Virus record (IMG/VR): IMGVR_UViG_2721755720_000004
Direction: 5' to 3' (one strand)
DNA: 48,041 nucleotides
DNA from: a virus
Taxonomy: Duplodnaviria > Heunggongvirae > Uroviricota > Caudoviricetes
Position 1 is the stretch's first letter; each line of letters starts with the position of its first letter. Of this stretch, positions 30,265-37,095 are shown piece after piece. The notes beneath the pieces were generated by a model. The model was not told the origin of the DNA, searched no databases, and saw nothing but the letters and a program-made list of their open reading frames with translations. The position numbers and the translations under genes were made by a program.

Positions 30265-30289
30265 TAAAAAAGCCCCTCTGAAGAGGGGC
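30265..30289 (-). terminator. intrinsic terminator (minus strand) about 30 nt downstream of repeat unit 2
   Basis: Minus strand GCCCCTCTTCAGAGGGGC then TTTTTT. Confidence 0.6.
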
Positions 30290-30316
30290 TGACATACGCA
30301 TTTGCTTTCATCATCA

Positions 30317-30439
30317 ATATGGCGCCGGGTGCCTCCCGGTGCTCCATAACTGATTAATATGGAACGCGGTTTCATTCAGTTGCATTCATGAATAACACTC
30401 TAATCAGTCCGCCCCGCCGCTTAGGGGGATTCGCCATAT
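30317..30439 (-). ncRNA. candidate structured small RNA, repeat unit 2 of 4
   Basis: 123 nt; terminal stem ATATGGCG/CGCCATAT, which covaries with the other units; same conserved 5' and 3' motifs. Confidence 0.45.
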
Positions 30440-30574
30440 AAATTGAAAGTACTGAACACATCTGTCACAAACAATATGCAATTGTATGAATTGTGAGATT
30501 ATTATCAATAACACAAAATTACAGCTCTAGTACATAAACAGCAGATTAAACAAGAACAACAAAAGTATTGAATT

Positions 30575-30698
30575 GCACGGTGCCGGGTGCCTCCCGGTGA
30601 ATTCTGCAATGACCAGACAGAATCCGCAACTTGCTACTAACGCTAATGCGACCAAGCCTCAGTCATTATGCCCCTCCGCACAGGGGGATTCACCATGC
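30575..30698 (-). ncRNA. candidate structured small RNA, repeat unit 3 of 4
   Basis: 124 nt; terminal stem GCACGGTG/CACCATGC (one C-A on the plus strand, G-U on the minus strand); conserved motifs present; no canonical terminator nearby. Confidence 0.35.
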
Positions 30699-30826
30699 GC
30701 TAAAAAAATACAAAACGTCACGTCACTCTGACAATACGAAGCACCATAAAATGTGAGTTATTTATCAATTCTTAATTCTGGTTACAGGAATATTCCGAAT
30801 CAAATCTTTAAAAAAAGAAATTCAAA

Positions 30827-30931
30827 TGCATGGTGCCGGGTGCCTCCCGGTGAACAGACCGTCCGTGATACCAGTCGGCAACACAGGAAATTAATGGTAT
30901 CACCCCACCGCACAGGGGGATTCACCATGCA
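30827..30931 (-). ncRNA. candidate structured small RNA, repeat unit 4 of 4
   Basis: 105 nt; 9-bp terminal stem TGCATGGTG/CACCATGCA; internal 9-bp stem GTGATACCA/TGGTATCAC; conserved motifs present. Confidence 0.35.
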
Positions 30932-31319
30932 GGCGTTTTCTTAGCAAACTAACTGCGCGCCCGGCAACTCCCAACCACATAAAACGTGGAGTTTGTAGCA
31001 TTTATGCACATAACTCACAGGGGTTATCTTAAAAAAAGCTGACCATGCTTCCCCGGCAACGCAATAACTTTATTCCCTGAAGTGGCATCCCCCGTATTGT
31101 CGGCAGGCTCAAAAAGGAGCCAGTCATCTGAGGATGACTGGAAAAAGGAAAGATAAAAAATTATTCATCATACAACCTTCGTTGCAGGGGAGAATCCTGC
31201 GGTGCAGCAACATACAAAAACATAAGCCAACTAACAATATGCAGGCATAGCATTTTCGGATTTTGTTATATGGCACGGTAACTGAATGCTTACCTGATAT
31301 ACAGTCCGGTATAAAGTTG

Positions 31320-31342
31320 CAAAAAACCGCCAGTTAAGGCGG
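31320..31342 (-). terminator. putative intrinsic terminator (minus strand) downstream of the tRNA pair
   Basis: Minus strand GCCGCCTTAACTGGCGG then TTTTTTG. Confidence 0.45.
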
Positions 31343-31585
31343 CATTCAAACAGACAACAGGATTTTTTCGTAATTTTAACAACTTCGGGGTGGCGCATCG
31401 TCAGCCCCTGTCAGGAAGTACCAGAACTCCCTCCAACAATATCCCCCCATTCAGCGTTATCAAACACAGCACAGAAACTATCAATGTTTGCTGTTACAGT
31501 TAGGGAAAAAACGATAAATACGCCACAGGCTCTTTTTGCTGTGAAGTAAAAACTGATCTGAAAGACTGCTCATCATTTATTTTGC

Positions 31586-31663
31586 TGGACCGTCACCGGG
31601 GACTCGAACCCCGCATTTTCAACATAAAAAGGTTGATGCTCTTTCCTGATGAGCTAGTGACGG
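31586..31663 (-). tRNA. tRNA-like gene with an 8-nt anticodon loop (identity undetermined)
   Basis: Hand fold: acceptor CCGTCAC/GTGACGG (7 bp), U8-A9, D-stem GCTC/GAGC, anticodon stem TCAAC/GTTGA closing loop CTTTTTAT (8 nt), T-arm CGGGG-TTCGAGT-CCCCG, encoded CCA. Needs tRNAscan-SE / ARAGORN. Confidence 0.5.
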
Positions 31664-31665
31664 CA

Positions 31666-31740
31666 TGGTTGCCTTGCTGGATTTGAACCAGCGACCTGGC
31701 GATTATGAGTCTCTCGCTCTCACCACTGAGCTAAAGGGCC
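31666..31740 (-). tRNA. tRNA-like gene with CAU anticodon (Ile2/Met type), acceptor and anticodon stems imperfect
   Basis: GGCCCTT-TA-GCTC-AGTGGTGA-GAGC...CTCATAA...GCTGG-TTCAAAT-CCAGC-AAGGCAACCA; resembles E. coli ileX in D and T arms, but the acceptor stem has 3 mismatches and the anticodon stem 2. Confidence 0.5.
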
Positions 31741-31780
31741 GGGAACAGAATAATAATGGTGCGTAATTAATTCTGCAATC

Positions 31781-32839
31781 TCATCCCTTCTGGCTGACTA
31801 AATCCTGAACTTCCCTGACCGTCTGCTCAAAACGCTCAGTCTCCAGCTCAACGCCAATCGCACGACGCCCCAGTGCCAGCGCCGCTTTGACTGTCGAACC
31901 CGACCCCATGAAGAAATCCGCAACCAGGTCACCCGGACGACTACTCGCTCTGATTATCTGCTGCAGCATTTCTGCCGGTTTTTCGCACGGATGTTTCCCG
32001 GGATAGAACTGCACCGGTTTATGCGTCCACACATCGGTATATGGCACCTGCGCCGTCACGCCAAAATACCGCCGCAGATGCTTATATTCACACTGCAGTT
32101 CCGCATACTGCCGGTTCAGTGAGGTATACGCGGCAACCAGCTGGTGGTGTGGCTTTTCCAGTTCACCGCACTGATGTTTCTCTTCTGCCACCCTGGCAAA
32201 CAGCGCCTGCAATTTCAGATAATCGCGTTCATTCGGTAACTGCCACTGACTGGTACTGAACCAGTGCGACACCATATTTTTCTTGCCCGTGGCCTCTGCA
32301 ATCTGTTTTGCCGTTATCCCCAGGGCTGCACGCGCATCACGAAAGTAAGAAATCAGCGGGGCCATCACATGCTGTTTCAGTTCCCTGCCCTTCGCACCAT
32401 AGCCATCATCTTTCGGAAGGTACGGCCCCTGATAATGTTCCGCAAACAGAATGCGCTCTGTGGCCGGGAAATACGCACGCAGGCTTTCCTTGTTGCACCC
32501 GTTCCAGCGTCCGGATGGCTTCGCCCAGATGATATGGTTCAGCACATTAAAGCGTTCACGCATCATGATTTCGATGTCGGATGCCAGGCGATGCCCACAG
32601 AACAGGTAAATGCTTCCCTCGGGCTTTAATACCCGCCAGAAGTGCGCCAGACACTGGTCCAGCCACTTCAGGTAATCATCATCGCCATTCCACTGGTTAT
32701 CCCAGCCATTGGGTTTTACTTTAAAGTACGGCGGGTCCGTGACTATCAGATCGACAGAGTTTTCAGGTAAGGTCTGGATAAATTCCAGGCAGTCAGCGTT
32801 GATTAACTCACAACTGGATATTTTTACAGTGTTAAGCAT
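31781..32839 (-). CDS. orphan DNA methyltransferase (amino-methyltransferase, N6-adenine or N4-cytosine class)
   Basis: 352 aa; motif IV LIVTDPPY near the N-terminus and AdoMet motif DFFMGSGST near the C-terminus (beta-type order); no adjacent restriction endonuclease. Confidence 0.85.
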   Translation of the reverse strand: MLNTVKISSCELINADCLEFIQTLPENSVDLIVTDPPYFKVKPNGWDNQWNGDDDYLKWLDQCLAHFWRVLKPEGSIYLFCGHRLASDIEIMMRERFNVLNHIIWAKPSGRWNGCNKESLRAYFPATERILFAEHYQGPYLPKDDGYGAKGRELKQHVMAPLISYFRDARAALGITAKQIAEATGKKNMVSHWFSTSQWQLPNERDYLKLQALFARVAEEKHQCGELEKPHHQLVAAYTSLNRQYAELQCEYKHLRRYFGVTAQVPYTDVWTHKPVQFYPGKHPCEKPAEMLQQIIRASSRPGDLVADFFMGSGSTVKAALALGRRAIGVELETERFEQTVREVQDLVSQKG

Positions 32840-32988
32840 GGATCATTAAGCCTGTCTCTGATAGGCTCATTCTGCTTTTGCGCAAAGCAGTGGGCCTGAG
32901 GTTTGCTTGTGATCCCGATGCATGAGCAGATGGCTGGTGAGTGCCTCTAACACCACCAGCCGCCCATTTACCACAAATAAAAAAGCCT

Positions 32989-33186
32989 TCAGGACTGAAG
33001 GCGTCTGTAACAACCGAACTGATAGTCTGCCAGACCCGCCATAACAAGCTGGGTCAGTATTAACTGGCAGCGCTCGCGTGAAAGGTAAGTATTCTGCGCA
33101 ATCTCCCCGACTGTCGCCGGTTCGGTGACACTTAATTCATTAAACACCACTCTGGCGGTTTCGGTCATATCCTGCTGTTTTAGCAT
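32989..33186 (-). CDS. hypothetical small protein (66 aa), possible winged-helix
   Basis: Start at MLKQQDMTE, preceded by AAGGGAAAAAGAC; no motif recognised. Confidence 0.4.
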   Translation of the reverse strand: MLKQQDMTETARVVFNELSVTEPATVGEIAQNTYLSRERCQLILTQLVMAGLADYQFGCYRRLQS

Positions 33187-33304
33187 GTCTTTTTCCCTTT
33201 TCCGGTTAACGTGACACACCAATAACTCTTGTCGAAAAAGCCAGCAAGCTGAAAGACCGGTATTCACCACCACCAGCGCGTTTAACGTACTGGACCGATT
33301 TCAG

Positions 33305-33335
33305 TCATAAAAAACCCGCCAGGCGGCGGGGTGTA
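33305..33335 (-). terminator. tR'-like intrinsic terminator downstream of the late promoter
   Basis: Minus strand CCCGCCGCCTGGCGGG then TTTTTTAT, about 45-70 nt downstream of the promoter-like element, as for the lambda pR'-tR' short transcript. Confidence 0.55.
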
Positions 33336-33379
33336 AAAACTCTTCTAACGTCAGGCATAAAACGCCCATTGTTAGAGCA

Positions 33380-33407
33380 AAATTACCACAGATTCCGGAA
33401 AAATCAA
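33380..33407 (-). promoter_or_regulatory. candidate late promoter (pR'-like)
   Basis: Minus strand TTGATT, 16 nt, TAATTT, located 6 bp downstream of the Q-like gene stop. Confidence 0.4.
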
Positions 33408-33412
33408 CAACC

Positions 33413-34234
33413 CTATCGCGTTACCCTCTTCAACTGCCACTCTGCCCATGCCTCTGCAATATCAAACCGGACCACCAGCGTGTCATAGAATTGCTTAACT
33501 GTTTTTTCCCATGAAGCGCGTGTTATCTGATTTGTCACCTCACATATGGCATCAAATGCCTCCGTTGAAGGTAATCTTTCATAGCCACGCCCACCACAAC
33601 GCTGACAGTTTCTGAAAACCGGCATACCTCGTTTTTCAGACTCTTCACGATGAATGGCAACACCGCGCCCACGGCAATCTTTACAGGCAGTGGAGACCTC
33701 CCCCTTTCCACCACACTCCGGACAGGCAACTTTTACCACCTCCCTGACTTTTTTCCATTCCTCCCAGTAAGACGGATACACGCCTTTTGTACACTTTGCC
33801 CATACTGGCGGCTTACCATCCGGATACTGAATCTTGTTTGTAAAAATCTCGCTTTCAATAAATTTTTTTCCGTGACAGCATGGGCACTGTTTTTTGCTCG
33901 CCGCGCTCCGGGCATAATCCTCAAACGCATACGAAGCCATAATGCGCATCACTACCGGTTTTATTTCTGCCGGAAGTTTTCTTAACGCTGCCACGCGATC
34001 ACACCGACTGAGAGCGTATTCTGCCAGCAGTTCTGTTGCCCGCTCCCTGTCATTCATACTGATGCCCATTTTCCCAAGGAACGCAGAAAACCCCATCTCA
34101 GCCCGATTCTGTGTCATGCCCTGCGCTGCCATCACATCAGTGATACTCAGCGCATCTTTTGACGTTGAGGCCGATGCATCCGTCAGACCCGGTGATTTTG
34201 GGGAATAGTATTTTGGTAAATCTTCCAGTTTCAT
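33413..34234 (-). CDS. putative late-gene antiterminator (Q-like), DnaJ-type zinc-finger protein
   Basis: 273 aa with four CxxCxGxG-like motifs (CPCCHGKK, CPECGGKG, CKDCRGRG, CQRCGGRG); called Q-like by position (after the nin/rusA region, directly upstream of a pR'/tR'-like pair), not by confident sequence match. Confidence 0.5.
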   Translation of the reverse strand: MKLEDLPKYYSPKSPGLTDASASTSKDALSITDVMAAQGMTQNRAEMGFSAFLGKMGISMNDRERATELLAEYALSRCDRVAALRKLPAEIKPVVMRIMASYAFEDYARSAASKKQCPCCHGKKFIESEIFTNKIQYPDGKPPVWAKCTKGVYPSYWEEWKKVREVVKVACPECGGKGEVSTACKDCRGRGVAIHREESEKRGMPVFRNCQRCGGRGYERLPSTEAFDAICEVTNQITRASWEKTVKQFYDTLVVRFDIAEAWAEWQLKRVTR

Positions 34235-34467
34235 TCTTTTGCCTGCCCGCCATGCGTTATTTCGTAAATTTTCACACCAAGCCGTCCGCCAGGAACAGGC
34301 AGACCGCGCACAATATTAATTTCATCAAACTGCTCGTCGTCGATAAGTAGTCCTGCATGCGTCAGCGCATCCAGTGGCGCTTTCAGAATGTTGTCCAGGT
34401 CACGACGTCGCCAGTAAGTGTTCACCGTTGGCGGGTAAGGCAAAACAAATTCTATGCGTTCGGTCAT
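34231..34467 (-). CDS. rusA: RusA-like Holliday-junction resolvase, internally shortened (78 aa)
   Basis: LPYPPTVNTYWR (N-terminal RusA motif) is joined almost directly to RRDLDNILKAPLDALTHAGLLIDDEQ (C-terminal catalytic region); about 40 residues of a normal ~120-aa RusA are missing. Confidence 0.6.
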   Translation of the reverse strand: MTERIEFVLPYPPTVNTYWRRRDLDNILKAPLDALTHAGLLIDDEQFDEINIVRGLPVPGGRLGVKIYEITHGGQAKE

Positions 34468-35526
34468 TTATGCTTTCCACTTCAGAACACCCGAATTTCT
34501 CGCGTGCATTAAAAAACGAATCAGCAACAACAGCTGACTGCCGTGTTTCTCTTCAAAATCTTTTACTCCGGCATGCAGTTCGTTATGGCATTTACGGCAC
34601 AACGGAATAACAAACAAATCGTCAGCCTTTGTTCCCATCCCTCCCAGTCCATGACCAATGATGTGATGCGGATCATCTGCCTGATTGCCACACGTCATGC
34701 ATTTCTGCGTTTTTACCCAGCGCGTGTATACGGGCATCTCTTCCCGTTGTGGTTTCTGGCGCTGGAGGTACTGAGCCGGAGACTCCGGATCAACGGCGAT
34801 GCTTACTAACGTCTTTTCCTGTGGTAGGGTCTGTTGCTGGTGGGTATGAGGCGGTAGCGTAATATTTTTTGTGCGCTGTTTCAGTATGCTGGTGGAGGTC
34901 TGCGCTCCCGGAATGATGTCACTCTCACGGTATACGGAGCGGATTTTTTCCACCGGTAATCCCAGCGAACGACGCAATACAGACTCCGGAAGCGCATCAG
35001 CCACCTGATTGCAGACCGCCCACCAGGATAATTCGGCCAGCGACAGTTCCCGCTCCTGTGTGCCATTCATTGCGTGACGTATGACATCAATCATCCAGGC
35101 TGCCAGATTCTGCTGAGCAAGTTGCTCCAGTGAATCAGATGTCTGCTCCCGCAACTGGTTGTCGCAGTGCCAGCACAACACCATCGCGCCGGTACCGTAA
35201 CGGTGAATGACGGTTTCGCTGTGATGATAATCACCATGAGGCCACTGACAGGATTTCACGTGACGTAATAACCAGTCAGGCAGTGCACCAGCACCGCCAG
35301 CAGCACGGATCACCCGCTCATCGCTGAAAAATGGCAGTAATGATTTATCCTCAGCCAGCGGCTGGCGAACGACAGGAACGATCCCGGATGGCTGGCCACT
35401 CATGCTTTTCGGTTCAGGCTCCACCAGCACACGGGGATTGTGAAATACCGGCATGGATTCACGGCCCGGCTTAAGGACCACCAGCCCGAGTTCCGGTACC
35501 AGAACAGGTCGAAGTAATACCCGCAC
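34468..35526 (-). CDS. phage protein with C-terminal HNH-type Cys/His nuclease motif
   Basis: 352 aa; C-terminal CMTCGNQADDPHHIIGHGLGGMGTKADDLFVIPLCRKCHNELH; start codon uncertain. Confidence 0.55.
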   Translation of the reverse strand: MRVLLRPVLVPELGLVVLKPGRESMPVFHNPRVLVEPEPKSMSGQPSGIVPVVRQPLAEDKSLLPFFSDERVIRAAGGAGALPDWLLRHVKSCQWPHGDYHHSETVIHRYGTGAMVLCWHCDNQLREQTSDSLEQLAQQNLAAWMIDVIRHAMNGTQERELSLAELSWWAVCNQVADALPESVLRRSLGLPVEKIRSVYRESDIIPGAQTSTSILKQRTKNITLPPHTHQQQTLPQEKTLVSIAVDPESPAQYLQRQKPQREEMPVYTRWVKTQKCMTCGNQADDPHHIIGHGLGGMGTKADDLFVIPLCRKCHNELHAGVKDFEEKHGSQLLLLIRFLMHARNSGVLKWKA

Positions 35527-35527
35527 G

Positions 35528-35797
35528 TTACCTCCAGATACGTTGCTGGTATGTGCGGGATGAACGCGGTGGGCGTTCGGAATAAGGGAGCCTGACGGAG
35601 ATTATCCAGTGACGACGATCGAAGCTGAGATCTTTCTGAAACTCGTAACCACGTCTGCGGTAGCACTGAATCAGCCATTCGGCCTGTTCTTCAGTGCACG
35701 GGTCATGCTGGAACCAGTCAGATTTGAATGTGTGAGAACGCCGCCCATGCCTGCTGGCAAGGTCGGCAGAATTGTGCAATCTGGTATCGTGCGCCAT
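35528..35797 (-). CDS. hypothetical protein
   Basis: 89-aa ORF between hok and the HNH-motif gene; Arg-rich, no motif recognised; could be non-coding. Confidence 0.3.
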   Translation of the reverse strand: MAHDTRLHNSADLASRHGRRSHTFKSDWFQHDPCTEEQAEWLIQCYRRRGYEFQKDLSFDRRHWIISVRLPYSERPPRSSRTYQQRIWR

Positions 35798-35971
35798 CGG
35801 GATCTCCGGTGACGCAGCAGGTGCCAGTTGTTCAGGCTGACGTGCGAATTGTAAACCAGAATGCCAGGAAAAAACAAACCCCGCCGAAGCGGGTTAAGTG
35901 CGGGTGCATTGAGGATGCCTGACACATCAGAGGTGGGCGGGGATGGGATCAGTACCCCGCCCAGGTCACTC

Positions 35972-36127
35972 TTACTCCTCAGGTTCGTAGACTGTGAAAA
36001 CAGCGACCTCCGTCTGGCCGGTTCGGATTCGTACCTCGCAGAGGTCTTTCCTCGTTACCAGTGCCGTCACTATGACGGTTAAACAGATGACGATCAGGGC
36101 GATTAACGTCGCCTTTTGCTGCTTCAT
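35972..36127 (-). CDS. hok: Hok/Gef-family type I toxin
   Basis: 51 aa MKQQKATLIALIVICLTVIVTALVTRKDLCEVRIRTGQTEVAVFTVYEPEE, near-identical to the Hok/Gef/RelF family consensus; the in-frame upstream extension in the ORF track is not used. Confidence 0.85.
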   Translation of the reverse strand: MKQQKATLIALIVICLTVIVTALVTRKDLCEVRIRTGQTEVAVFTVYEPEE

Positions 36128-36372
36128 AGCCTGCTTCTCCTTGCCTTTCGGCACGTAAGAGGCTAACCTACATTTGTGAGACATAGATTGGGCCTCAGAT
36201 TAATGTTAAGCGTCTTGCAGGACGCGTTATGTTAACTGGGGCTTTTCTCTGTCTGCCTTACGGCGGCATGCCCGAGGCAGACAGCCTCAAGCACCCGCAG
36301 CAATTCTACTTAACTCTCGCTTTACAGCAAACCGTTTTTGCCCAATATGGGAATTCCCATATCGCAATGAAT

Positions 36373-36477
36373 TCAGTTCCCCAGCCGATCCATCAAAAAC
36401 ACAACCAGGCAGTAAACAATAACAACAGCAATAACAGCCAGAGCGCCTTCCATTGCCAGTGAAATATCATCCGACAT
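36373..36477 (-). CDS. small hydrophobic peptide (34 aa)
   Basis: Hand-translated MSDDISLAMEGALAVIAVVIVYCLVVFLMDRLGN, preceded by AAGGAGGG; one transmembrane helix. Confidence 0.3.
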   Translation of the reverse strand: MSDDISLAMEGALAVIAVVIVYCLVVFLMDRLGN

Positions 36478-36511
36478 ATTCCCTCCTTTGGTGTGAATCC
36501 CGGCGAACGTT

Positions 36512-36595
36512 TTACCCCCACCGACAAATAACATATACTAAAAAAGCGATAGCCATAGCAACGCCTACAATTGCAAATGCTTCAGGCCAGGTCAT
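36512..36595 (-). CDS. small hydrophobic peptide (27 aa)
   Basis: Hand-translated MTWPEAFAIVGVAMAIAFLVYVICRWG, preceded by GGAGGA; its ATG overlaps the stop of the upstream gene. Confidence 0.3.
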   Translation of the reverse strand: MTWPEAFAIVGVAMAIAFLVYVICRWG

Positions 36596-37092
36596 CGTAA
36601 AATATCCTCCACACCAACCAGTCCGTTCTGCTTCAGATATTCCATCGCTTTATCAGGTAGCTTGCTTGATTTATTGACGCTTTTTAGCGAACTGGCTAAT
36701 CGCTTAACCAACATGGTTAATTCGTTAATCTGGTTACCAGGTGTTGGCGGCGTGACTGTCTGTTCCCGTTCTTCATCAGGTACTACCGGTTCCACTACCA
36801 ACTGACTGGCATATTTGTTAATGGTAACGATAAGCTCTTGCTCAGACTCATCCAGACAATCACCGATACCTCGCCTGTCACCGTCAAAATCGGCAAAGTC
36901 GGTACGAATCCTGACTACCTTCATAATTGCTGACAGCACCTCATCTGGAATTACCTGAGAGTTACCAGTCTTACACATGGCAATCTCCACGATTTCAACC
37001 ATATCTCCTGCTGGAATTTTACAATGCTGACCAATATGCCTCTGCTGCCTGGCATATTCGAGGATGTGCTCCAGTTTAGTACGATTAATCAT
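36592..37092 (-). CDS. hypothetical protein (nin-region)
   Basis: 166-aa ORF with consistent operon context; no motif recognised. Confidence 0.5.
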   Translation of the reverse strand: MINRTKLEHILEYARQQRHIGQHCKIPAGDMVEIVEIAMCKTGNSQVIPDEVLSAIMKVVRIRTDFADFDGDRRGIGDCLDESEQELIVTINKYASQLVVEPVVPDEEREQTVTPPTPGNQINELTMLVKRLASSLKSVNKSSKLPDKAMEYLKQNGLVGVEDILR

Positions 37093-37095
37093 GAT

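Noticed and set aside
30753-30944. 63-aa plus-strand ORF inside the repeat array
   Set aside because: It overlaps repeat unit 4 and its conserved hairpins, has no ribosome-binding site, and its reading frame is not conserved in the other three units; almost certainly non-coding.
29900-30950. Possible CRISPR array, because of repeated GC-rich hairpin motifs
   Set aside because: Two different conserved motifs flank each unit instead of one direct repeat, the unit spacing is irregular (about 250-410 bp), there are no cas genes, and the hairpin is part of a larger covarying structure. Treated as structured RNA-like repeats instead.
29745-31585. Shiga-toxin A/B genes expected between the late tRNAs and nanS-p
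   Set aside because: No ORF of suitable size with a signal peptide or ribosome-binding site exists on either strand; the interval is occupied by repeats and terminators.
35972-36184. In-frame N-terminal extension of hok (MSHKCRLASYVPKGKEKQA...) given in the ORF track
   Set aside because: The Hok family starts at the conserved MKQQK; the extension reflects absence of an upstream stop, not a real start. An overlapping Mok frame, if present, would be in another frame and was not resolved.
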